Assembly: GCA_950097015.1 (NCBI GenBank)
Contig: CATNEN010000034.1
Location: 3,100,001-3,164,000 of the forward strand
Length of the DNA stretch: 64,000 nucleotides
Direction: 5' to 3'
DNA from: Macrostomum hystrix
Taxonomy: Eukaryota > Animalia > Platyhelminthes
The notes beneath the pieces were generated by a model. The model saw only the letters and a program-made list of their open reading frames with translations. It made no database searches and had not been told where the DNA came from. Positions 36,342 through 46,900 of this stretch are shown in pieces. Position numbers and translations under genes: made by a program. Positions within the stretch are counted from its first letter, which is position 1. Every line of letters begins with the position of its first letter.

Positions 36342-36355
36342 GTTGTCATAGCAAC
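36342..36355. promoter_or_regulatory. RFX X-box motif GTTGTCATAGCAAC
   Basis: Full match to GTHNYYATRRNAAC on both strands, 47 bp after the Ly6 stop; a second half site CATAGCAAC lies at about 36317. Confidence 0.35.
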
Positions 36356-36561
36356 CGAGCAGATAGAACTGGCTAAACAGAAGACTAGCAGAAGCTTCCC
36401 AGACACTAGCTAGTGTCTTCAACAGATTCCCATATTGTTGTGTACCAGTGAGATAGCTGCGGTGTTAGTGCATGCATCTGAATAGCTATGTGATGTACAA
36501 AAGGAAAATATATATATTCTTGTATGTTCCTATTCAGCGGGTCAAAAACAAGTATTAGGCT

Positions 36562-36855
36562 GGGGCTGAGTGACTGAGTGGTAAACGCATTTGCCTCTCG
36601 CACCAAGGTCCCTGAGCTCGATTTCGCGGCGAGGCCACATTCATTTGGGGCGCAGCCGCGGAGAGAAGGCTTGGGGGGCTTGTCGTGCAATTTACGCCCT
36701 TTAGGGGCAATCTCCAAGGCACAGTGAAGTGTACACTGCCTGACGATGATAAAGTCAGAGCAGATGTACACACCTGTGTGAGCGTGTGCCTGCTTACGGT
36801 ATCTGTGTGCGTGTGTGCTTAGGAGTCAGCGAAATGGGCAGAATTGCGTCCACCT
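36562..36855 (+). mobile_element. tRNA-derived SINE, copy 4 (near full length)
   Basis: GGGGCTGAGTGACTGAGTGG head, GAGCTCGATTTC B-box-like motif, internal hairpin at 36729-36771. Confidence 0.85.
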
Positions 36856-37283
36856 AATTAATATATTAATACTTGAATTAATACAACATGCTTAATATAT
36901 ACTTATATGCACACCCGATTTCACAACTAGTTTCACAAACAACATCATAACAATATGTTCGAATAACAAAAAAATTACTAGTTATTCTGCACTCACTAAC
37001 TCATGCATACATCGACATTCCGCTCCTGTTCCTATTATGTTCTCAATTAGCCCATAAATGCTGCTCTTCTGCGAATTGAAATATATGTTTTCGGTATTGA
37101 AACGCCAATTTTACAGCATTAGCTGTTTCATTTTGAACGGGATCTTTTTAAACTCCTTTCTTGTGCAGTAAAAAGGTTTGCAATTTGAGCATTAGCCTAC
37201 TGATAAGTAATAATATAATAATAATAATAATTGCAGGAGGGCTGCGGGCAATGGCACATCATTTGGTGACACTAGACCCGCAG

Positions 37284-37578
37284 CCAGCGAGGAGGCAATT
37301 CTGCCCATTTCGCTGACTCCTGAGCATACGCGCACACAGATACTTTACGCAGGCGCACACTCACACAGGTGTGTACATCTGCCCTGACTTTATCATCGTC
37401 AGGCAGTGTACACTTCACTGTGCCTTGGAGATTGCCCCTAAAGGTCGTAAATTGCACGACAAGCCCCCAAGCCTTCTCTCCGCGGCTGCGCCCCAAATAA
37501 ATGTGGCCTCGCCGTGGAATCGAACTTCGGGACCGTGGTGCGCGAGGCGAACGCGTTGACCGCTCTGCCACCGACCCC
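37284..37578 (-). mobile_element. tRNA-derived SINE, copy 5 (near full length), inverted relative to copy 4
   Basis: Reverse complement aligns along copy 4; B-box-like GAAGTTCGATTCC on the minus strand. Confidence 0.85.
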
Positions 37579-37591
37579 CTAACAATTTAAG

Positions 37592-40530
37592 CTCCCACTG
37601 CCTCCGCTGATCCCGCTGCTCCCACTGCCTCCGCTGCTCCCACTGCCTCCGCTGCTCCCACTGCCTCCGCTGCTCCCACTGCCTCCGCTGCTCCCACTGC
37701 CTCCGCTGCTCCCACTGCCTCCGCTGCTCCCACTGCCTCCGCTGCTCCCACTGCCTCCGCTGCTCCCACTGCCTCCGCTGCTCCCACTGCCTCCGCTGCT
37801 CCCACTGCCTCCGCTGCTCCCACTGCCTCCGCTGCTCCCACTGCCTCCGCTGCTCCCACTGCCTCCGCTGCTCCCACTGCCTCCGCTGCTCCCACTGCCA
37901 CCGCTGCTCCCACTGCCTCCGCTGATCCCACTGCCTCCGCTGCTCCCACTGCCTCCGCTGCTCCCACTGCCTCCGCTGCTCCCACTGCCTCCGCTGCTCC
38001 CGCTGTTCCAAATGCCTCCGCTACTCCCGCTGCTCCTACTGCCTCCGCTGATCCCACTGCCTCCTCTACTCCCACTGCCTCCGCTACTCCCACTGCCTCC
38101 GCTACTCCCACTGCCTCCGCTGATCCCACTGCCTCCGCTGCTCCCACTGCCTCCGCTACTCCCACTGCCTCCGCTGATCCCACTGCCTCCGCTGCTCCCA
38201 CTGCCTCCGCTACTCCCACTGCCTCCGCTGATCCCACTGCCTCCGCTGCTCCCGCTGTTCCAAATGCCTCCGCTACTCCCGCTGCTCCTACTGCCTCCGC
38301 TGCTCCCACTGCCTCCGCTACTCCCACTGCCTCCGCTGATCCCACTGCCTCCGCTGCTCCCGCTGTTCCAAATGCCTCCGCTACTCCCACTGCGGAGTGT
38401 TCTTTCCCCAGGGGGGAAATAGTTTGTGGCCTTTCTACTGTTAATAAAAATGTATTATCTAATCATGCTTAACTGAGGGTTTGGCGCTGGGCACTGTGGA
38501 CGAGTCATGACTAACCCCTTTTCTTGACGTAATGTGTCCTTTAAAGTAACGAGCAGGACAGCTTCAATCATAACTCTTATCTCGGCTTTCAAGGCTAATG
38601 CTCCTGAGACTATGAAGCCAAGTTTTTCTTAGCTGGGCTGAACAGATTGCTGTCAGTGAGTGGTTTCAGTGGGCTTTTTCGAAAACTAGCAAGATCTACG
38701 AGCGTAGAATATATTGGAGAGATTTTGAGCAGTCCACATGTGTCTAACTCTGTTGGCCAAATTTTTTTCCAGATTAGACTTTAATTTTACCCGGCTGACT
38801 CTGACACACCTAATTTTTTCAAGTCTTTTACAGACAAAAATAATGTAATTCTTCAAATCCAAAATAGTAAAAAAATTGAAATAATATCTACTCCGCTACT
38901 CCCACGGCCTCCGCTACTCCACTGCCTCCGCTACTCCCACTGCCTCCGCTACTCCCACTGCCTCCGCTACTCCACTGCCTCCGCTACTCCCACTGCCTCC
39001 GCTACTACACTGCCTCCGCTACTCCCACTGCCTCCGCTACTACACTGCCTCCGCTACTCCACTGCCTCCGCTACTCCACTGCCTCCGCTACTCCCACTGC
39101 CTCCGCTACTCCACTGCCTCCGCTACTCCCACTGCCTCCGCTACTCCACTGCCTCCGCTACTCCCACTGCCTCCGCTACTCCACTGCCTCCGCTACTCCC
39201 ACTGCCTCCGCTACTCCACTGCCTCCGCTACTCCCACTGCCTCCGCTACTCCACTGCCTCCGCTACTCCCACTGCCTCCGCTACTCCACTGCCTCCGCTA
39301 CTCCCACTGCCTCCGCTACTCCACTGCCTCCGCTGCTCCCACTGCCTCCGCTGCTCCCACTGCCTCCGCTACTCCACTGCCTCCGCTACTCCACTGCCTC
39401 CGCTACTCCCACTGCCTCCGCTACTCCACTGCCTCCGCTGCTCCCACTGCCTCCGCTGCTCCCACTGCCTCCGCTACTCCACTGCCTCCGCTGCTCCCAC
39501 TACCTCCGCTACTCCACTGCCTCCGCTACTCCCACTGCCTCCGCTGCTCCCACTGCCTCCGCTACTCCACTGCCTCCGCTGCTCCCACTGCCTCCGCTAC
39601 TCCCACTGCCTCCGCTACTCCCACTGCCTCCGCTACTCCCACTGCCTCCGCTACTCCACTGCCTCCGCTACTCCCACTGCCTCCGCTACTCCACTGCCTC
39701 CGCTACTCCACTGCCTCCGCTACTCCCACTGCCTCCGCTACTCCACTGCCTCCGCTACTCCCACTGCCTCCGCTACTCCACTGCCTCCGCTGCTCCCACT
39801 GCCTCCGCTGCTCCCACTGCCTCCGCTACTCCACTGCCTCCGCTGCTCCCACTACCTCCGCTACTCCACTGCCTCCGCTACTCCCACTGCCTCCGCTGCT
39901 CCCACTGCCTCCGCTACTCCACTGCCTCCGCTGCTCCCACTGCCTCCGCTACTCCCACTGCCTCCGCTGCTCCCACTGCCTCCGCTACTCCACTGCCTCC
40001 GCTGCTCCCACTGCCTCCGCTACTCCACTGCCTCCGCTACTCCACTGCCTCCGCTACTCCCACTGCCTCCGCTACTCCCACTGCCTCCGCTACTCCACTG
40101 CCTCCGCTACTCCCACTGCCTCCGCTACTCCCACTGCCTCCGCTACTCCACTGCCTCCGCTACTCCACTGCCTCCGCTACTCCCACTGCCTCCGCTACTC
40201 CACTGCCTCCGCTACTCCCACTGCCTCCGCTACTCCACTGCCTCCGCTACTCCCACTGCCTCCGCTACTCCCACTGCCTCCGCTACTCCACTGCCTCCGC
40301 TACTCCCACTGCCTCCGCTACTCCCACTGCCTCCGCTACTCCACTGCCTCCGCTACTCCCACTGCCTCCGCTACTCCCACTGCCTCCGCTACTCCCACTG
40401 CCTCCGCTACTCCCACTGCCTCCGCTACTCCACTGCCTCCGCTACTCCCACTGCCTCCGCTACTCCACTGCCTCCGCTACTCCACTGCCTCCGCTACTCC
40501 CACTGCCTCCGCTACTCCACTGCCTCCGCT
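37592..40530. repeat. Minisatellite, 18/17-bp unit CTCCCACTGCCTCCGCT(G/A), split by a unique insert of about 490 bp (38396-38890)
   Basis: Tandem copies on both sides of a non-repetitive block. Confidence 0.95.
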
Positions 40531-40875
40531 ATTGCTGACGCCAATGTTGCCCCAGCTAAATGTAAAACGTTCGCGAAGAACAAAGAACATAGATCCACGA
40601 TATGTAGTGGGGCTCTTGCATAATAAATGTACTGGATGTTTATTAAATTATCTCGGTAGACAATTGGATTTAAAGTAAAGAAAATCGAAATTATTGTTTA
40701 TTTCTTTTTCCATTGTAGCTGACACAGATTACTGCGAAAAAAATTAACTAGCCATGGTACATAGCTAGATACGAGTATTTCAAATCAGTAAATTGTACTA
40801 GTATTATAATTGCACCTCGCACTATAAGCTACGAGTGTAAAGGTGAAAAATTGACTTGCTCTCAGCAGTTCAGTT

Positions 40876-41420
40876 TCAGATTAGCAATGATTTGACTCCA
40901 ACGAGCAGAACTCCAGAGAGCAGGCTGACAGCGACCGGGGCAGCCACAGCTCGGTAGCCTGAGTTGCAGAGGTCCGTGTAGCACTCGGTGCAGCCCGCGG
41001 TGCCGTTGCACCAGCCGCAGGTGCCCTGAATCTGTGCAGCCAACAAATGAAACGTGTCGACAATACTGGGGGCTATTGTCTATGTAGTCATTATGTACAA
41101 TGGATTGCTAGCCTAGTCGGCCAGTTTTCAGATCCACTCACCGCGCGAATGCCGCCGGGAATTTGTACATCCTGACGCAAGCAGGAGGTCACGGCCCTGC
41201 CGCAGTCGAAGGGGGTCTTTGGCACACCAACAACGTTGCTATAGATGTAGCAACGGAGGCCCATAGTACAGGCTAAGGAAACGGGAGGTAAATCAATGTA
41301 AGATGCCAGTTTTGGTTACAGAGAACCTGACCTGCAGACTCTGATTTAATTGAGATGCGTCTAGGACTCACCGATCATAGCAAATAGGACTAGCAGCAGC
41401 AGGCTGTACTTTTGCGTCAT
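40876..41420 (-). CDS. Minimal 8-Cys Ly6/three-finger GPI-anchored protein B (exons 41420-41372, 41272-41142, 41031-40876; 111 aa)
   Basis: MTQKYSLLLLVLFAMIG|GTGAGT, then ACTMGLRCYIYSNVVGVPKTPFDCGRAVTSCLRQDVQIPGGIRA|GTGAGT, then IQGTCGWCNGTAGCTECYTDLCNSGYRAVAAPVAVSLLSGVLLVGVKSLLI*. Same exon structure as paralogue C. Confidence 0.88.
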
Positions 41421-41542
41421 TTTCTTCTGTGAATTGAGCTTGAACTCGTTAGGCCTAATAATATGGCTTAATGATAATTTCTGTTCTCTTTTCTGCTCTT
41501 ATTGCAAGCCTGCTTCGCCCTTTCGAAATTTTATTCTTTATA

Positions 41543-41556
41543 GTTTCCATGGTTAC
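41543..41556 (-). promoter_or_regulatory. RFX X-box motif GTAACCATGGAAAC, 123 bp upstream of the Ly6-B ATG
   Basis: Minus strand is a full match to GTHNYYATRRNAAC at a promoter-proximal position. Confidence 0.45.
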
Positions 41557-41992
41557 TAAGTCAACAGGTTAATCATCAATTGTAATATGCGACTTAGTAT
41601 CTAATTTGGTAATTCGATAAGATAAAAAACAAGCTTCGTCAATAAGGTCTCACTGAATGGAACCGTTTTTTATCGGTTGTGACTTTGTTTATCGCCGCAA
41701 ATTATTGCGATCGCGCATTTAAAATTAAGGGCTTTTTAAATATAAACTCTTGTTGGACACGTGTACATATTAATTTAGTATTCTTCTAATATTTCATGCA
41801 AACTTAAGTTAATCAAACAATGTATATTTGTAAGAAATATGCGCTGCGTCCTACTTAACAATGTCAGCAAGTATAGTTAGAATATTATTACCTAATTTAA
41901 ATTACATCGAGCTCGGTCGCAATAGTGATCAGGCAACACTACAGCTCAACCGGACACTTGGGACACTTAGGAGCTAGAGTATTGCTCAGAGA

Positions 41993-42499
41993 GGACAGGC
42001 AGGGAGAGGACAGGCAGGGAGAGGACAGGCAGGGAGAGGACAGGCAGGGAGAGGACAGGCAGGGAGAGGACAGGCAGGGAGAGGACAGGCAGGGAGAGGA
42101 CAGGCAGGGAGAGGACAGGCAGGGAGAGGACAGGCAGGGAGAGGACAGGCAGGGAGAGGACAGGCAGGGAGAGGACAGGCAGGGAGAGGACAGGCAGGGA
42201 GAGGACAGGCAGGGAGAGGACAGGCAGGGAGAGGACAGGCAGGGAGAGGACAGGCAGGGAGAGGACAGGCAGGGAGAGGACAGGCAGGGAGAGGACAGGC
42301 AGGGAGAGGACAGGCAGGGAGAGGACAGGCAGGGAGAGGACAGGCAGGGAGAGGACAGGCAGGGAGAGGACAGGCAGGGAGAGGACAGGCAGGGAGAGGA
42401 CAGGCAGGGAGAGGACAGGCAGGGAGAGGACAGGCAGGGAGAGGACAGGCAGGGAGAGGACAGGCAGGGAGAGGACAGGCAGGGAGAGGACAGGCAGGG
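41993..42499. repeat. Invariant 15-bp minisatellite GGACAGGCAGGGAGA
   Basis: About 33 copies with no visible variant; accounts for the (GEDRQ)n ORF. Confidence 0.97.
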
Positions 42500-42770
42500 T
42501 GTAAATAAAGGCAAGAGAGAACTGGTTACTTTTAAGCTTTTTAATCAGTGAAAGCAATTTGGCTTGGCTAAAAAGGCGATGCCTTTATAAAGATGAAGTT
42601 CTATATATTTTGTAGATTTAAGTGAAAAGTGAAAATTGATCAGTTTTGTTAAGAAGTTAAGGAACTATAAATATTTTGCTAAAAACTGAAGAAAAATCCA
42701 TTTGGCAACAACCGTTGCTTCTGGCTTATTTTAATTGTCAGTTTTTCGGTCCAATCGAATTGTATGGCTT

Positions 42771-43256
42771 TTAGATGAGCAACGATTTCAATCCGATGAG
42801 CAGGACTCCGGAGAGCAGGCTGACAGAGGCTGGGACGGTCATTGTGCGGTGGGCCGAGTTGCATAGTTCAGTGTAGCACACGGTGCAGCCGCTGACGCCA
42901 TCGCAGTTGCCGCAGCCTGTCTGCGTCTGTGCAAATTTCAAATATTGTTCAGAGAAGAAAATTATTCATGCCCGTGCGCAGTTAGAAGTGATTTCAAAGA
43001 AAGTCAATGATATTCAATTCTTGTCTGTCATTCGACAAATTGTGATTGTATAGGAAAAAGTTGAACTCTCGGCACCACTCACCATTCTGATGCCGGCGAG
43101 ATTGGTTTCAATCTTATTGCACGCGTTCACACCCGACGGGCACTGTATCTCAGTCTTCGGCACGCCAAGTAGGCTGTTGAACGCGTAGCACTTGAAGCTC
43201 AGGGCACAGGCTGTGGAACAAAGGTGAGCCTCTGTGTGACAGGCAGACAGGCAGGC

Positions 43257-43305
<49 letters not shown>

Positions 43306-43387
43306 GCAGCATGTTAAAAGCTGTAGTGTACTCACCGGCCATGCCGAACAGGCAAAGTAGGAACAGTGAGAAGCTTTGGTGGGTCAT
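42771..43387 (-). CDS. Minimal 8-Cys Ly6/three-finger GPI-anchored protein C (exons 43387-43336, 43210-43083, 42926-42771; 111 aa)
   Basis: MTHQSFSLFLLCLFGMAG|GTGAGT, then ACALSFKCYAFNSLLGVPKTEIQCPSGVNACNKIETNLAGIRM|GTGAGT, then TQTGCGNCDGVSGCTVCYTELCNSAHRTMTVPASVSLLSGVLLIGLKSLLI*. Confidence 0.88.
43237..43306. repeat. (AGAC)n microsatellite in Ly6-C intron 1
   Basis: Read directly. Confidence 0.92.
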
Positions 43388-43924
43388 GTCAAGACCTGAT
43401 GAAAGAAGAAGTTTGGCGTTTCGTTTCGGCTTGCGTGTCGTAGCAACTCTGCGCCTCGTATTTATACGCGAAAAATACTTTCAGTAGAGATACTGTTTAT
43501 CTCTACTGCGACAACCACAAACTTGACTCAGATATTCTACCAGGATTCTACAATTCTACAAATTATAATCTAGATGATAATAGACTGTGGGTCAGATGCT
43601 ATTCACCTGCGACTCGAAAATGTTACTCGTATTTTTAGGCAACAAGGTAGATTGTTACTAAAGCTTGAAAGCAAATTAATTTGTCATTGCGGATATGATC
43701 ATTTTTCGCAGTCACTATCTCTGGCATTCTTTGAGAAAATCTAATCTACGAGTAAATGCTCTGCAGTAGAATGCATTCAATTTTTTTAAACTGACACTCC
43801 TGTCTGAGCAAGTGGCCGACCTGAGCAACAGCGAGACACCGAGGAAGACAGAAAGAACAAGACAGCGAGAGGGCGACAGCGAAAAAGTCAGAGCGATTAC
43901 AGGAGAAAGATAGATATAGAAAGA

Positions 43925-46900
43925 CAGAGAGAGTCAGGGAGAGTCAAGGAGAGTCAGTGAGAGTCACTGTGAGTCAGTGAGAGTAAGGGAGAGTCACTGT
44001 GAGTCAGTGAGAGTCAATGAGAGTCAGGGAGAGTCAGGGAGTGTCAGGGAGTGTCAGGGAGTGTCAGGGAGATTCAGGGAGAGTCAGGGATAGACAAGTC
44101 AAGAGAGGAGAGTCAAGAGAGACAGTTAAAGTCAGGGAGAGTCAGGGAGAGACAGTGAGAGTCAGGGAGAGACAGTGAGAGTCAGGGAGAGACAGTGAGA
44201 TTCAAGGACAGATTGTGAGAGTCAGGGAGAGACAGTGAGAGTCAGGGAGAGACAGTGAGAGTCAGGGAGAGACAGTGAGAGTCAGGGAGAGACAGTGAGA
44301 GCCAGGGAGAGTTATGGAGAGTCAGGGAGAGTCATGGAGAGTCAGGGAGAGACAGTGAGAGTCAGGGAGAGTCATTGAGAGTCAGGGAGAGTCATTGAGA
44401 GTCAGGGAGAGACAGTGAGAGTCAGGGAGAGTCATTGAGAGTCAGGGAGAGACAGTGAGAGTCAGGGAGAGACAGTGAGAGTCAGGGAGAGACAGTGAGA
44501 GCCAGGGAGAGTCATGGAGAGTCAGGGAGAGTCATGGAGAGTCAGGGAGAGACAGTGAGAGTCAGGGAGAGTCATTGAGAGTCAGGGAGAGACAGTGAGA
44601 GTCAGGGAGAGTCATTGAGAGTCAGGGAGAGACAGTGAGAGTCAGGGAGAGACAGTGAGAGTCAGGGAGAGACAGTGAGAGCCAGGGAGAGTCATGGAGA
44701 GTCAGGGAGAGTCATGGAGAGTCAGGGAGAGACAGTGAGAGTCAGGGAGAGTCATTGAGAGTCAGGGAGAGACAGTGAGAGTCAGGGAGAGTCATTGAGA
44801 GTCAGGGAGAGACAGTGAGAGTCAGGGAGAGACAGTGAGAGTCAGGGAGAGACAGTGAGAGTCAGGGAGAGACAGTGAGAGTCAGGGAGAGACAGTGAGA
44901 GCCAGGGAGAGTCATGGAGAGTCAGGGAGAGTCATGGAGAGTCAAAGAGAGACAGTGAGAGTCAGGGAGAGTCATTGAGAGTCAGGGAGAGACAGTGAGA
45001 GTCAGGGAGAGACAGTGAGAGTCAGGGAGAGTCATTGAGAGTCAGGGAGAGACAGTGAGAGTCAGGGAGAGACAGTGAGAGCCAGGGAGAGTTATGGAGA
45101 GTCAGGGAGAGTCATGGAGAGTCAGGGAGAGACAGTGAGAGTCAGGGAGAGACAGTGAGAGTCAGGGAGAGACAGTGAGATTCAAGGAGAGATAGTGAGA
45201 GTCAGGGAGAGACAGTGAGAGTCAGGGAGAGACAGTGAGAGTCATGGAGAGTCAGGGAGAGACAGTGAGAGTCAGGGAGAGTCATTGAGAGTCAGGGAGA
45301 GACAGTGAGAGTCAGGGAGAGACAGTGAGAGTCAGGGAGAGTTATGGAGAGTCAGGTAGAGTCATGGAGAGTCAGGGAGAGACAGTGAGAGTCAGGGAGA
45401 GTCATTGAGAGTCAGGGAGAGACAGTGAGAGTCAGGGAGAGACAGTGAGAGTCAGGGAGAGACAGTGAGAGCCAGGGAGAGTCATGGAGAGTCAGGGAGA
45501 GTCATGGAGAGTCAGGGAGAGACAGTGAGAGTCAGGGAGAGTCATTGAGAGTCAGGGAGAGTCATTGAGAGTCAGGGAGAGACAGTGAGAGTCAGGGAGA
45601 GTCATTGAGAGTCAGGGAGAGACAGTGAGAGTCAGGGAGAGACAGTGAGAGTCAGGGAGAGACAGTGAGAGCCAGGGAGAGTCATGGAGAGTCAGGGAGA
45701 GTCATGGAGAGTCAGGGAGAGACAGTGAGAGTCAGGGAGAGTCATTGAGAGTCAGGGAGAGACAGTGAGAGTCAGGGAGAGTCATTGAGAGTCAGGGAGA
45801 GACAGTGAGAGTCAGGGAGAGACAGTGAGAGACAGGGAGAGACAGTGAGAGCCAGGGAGAGTCATTGAGAGTCAGGGAGAGACAGTGAGAGTCAGGGAGA
45901 GACAGTGAGAGTCAGGGAGAGTCATGGAGAGTCAGGGAGAGACAGTGAGAGTCAGGGAGAGTCATTGAGAGTCAGGGAGAGACAGTGAGAGTCAGGGAGA
46001 GTCATTGAGAGTCAGGGAGAGACAGTGAGAGTCAGGGAGAGACAGTGAGAGCCAGGGAGAGACAGTGAGAGTCAGGGAGAGTCATGGAGAGTCAGGGAGA
46101 GACAGTGAGAGTCAGGGAGAGTCATTGAGAGTCAGGGAGAGACAGTGAGAGTCAGGGAGAGTCATTGAGAGTCAGGGAGAGACAGTGAGAGCCAGGGAGA
46201 GTCATGGAGAGTCAGGGAGAGTCATTGAGAGTCAGGGAGAGACAGTGAGAGTCAGGGAGAGTCATTGAGAGTCAGGGAGAGACAGTGAGAGTCAGGGAGA
46301 GTCATTGAGAGTCAGGGAGAGACAGTGAGAGTCAGGGAGAGACAGTGAGAGCCAGGGAGAGACAGTGAGAGTCAGGGAGAGTCATGGAGAGTCAGGGAGA
46401 GACAGTGAGAGTCAGGGAGAGTCATTGAGAGTCAGGGAGAGACAGTGAGAGTCAGGGAGAGTCATTGAGAGTCAGGGAGAGACAGTGAGAGCCAGGGAGA
46501 GTCATGGAGAGTCAGGGAGAGACAGTGAGAGCCAGGGAGAGTCATGGAGAGTCAGGGAGAGTCATTGAGAGTCAGGGAGAGACAGTGAGAGTCAGGGAGA
46601 GTCATTGAGAGTCAGGAGAGGACAGTGAGAGTCAGGGAGAGTCATTGAGAGTCAGGGAGAGACAGTGAGAGCCAGGGAGAGTCATGGAGAGTCAGGGAGA
46701 GTCATGGAGAGTCAGGGAGAGACAGTGAGAGTCAGGGAGAGTCATTGAGAGTCAGGGAGAGACAGTGAGAGTCAGGGAGAGACAGTGAGAGTCAGGGAGA
46801 GTCATTGAGAGTCAGGGAGAGACAGTGAGAGTCAGGGAGAGACAGTGAGAGCCAGGGAGAGTTATGGAGAGTCAGGGAGAGTCATGGAGAGTCAGGGAGA

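Noticed and set aside
36738-36760. Hammerhead-like CTGACGA...AAA or SECIS-like motif in the SINE hairpin
   Set aside because: No stem II/III or NUH cleavage site, and no SECIS quartet geometry.
37415-38422. Ala/Glu-rich and Pro/Leu-rich ORFs
   Set aside because: Products of the 18-bp minisatellite plus SINE sequence.
41925-42557. (GEDRQ)n, (PCLSS)n and (LPVLS)n ORFs
   Set aside because: Invariant 15-bp repeat open in several frames, with no unique coding sequence or splice support.
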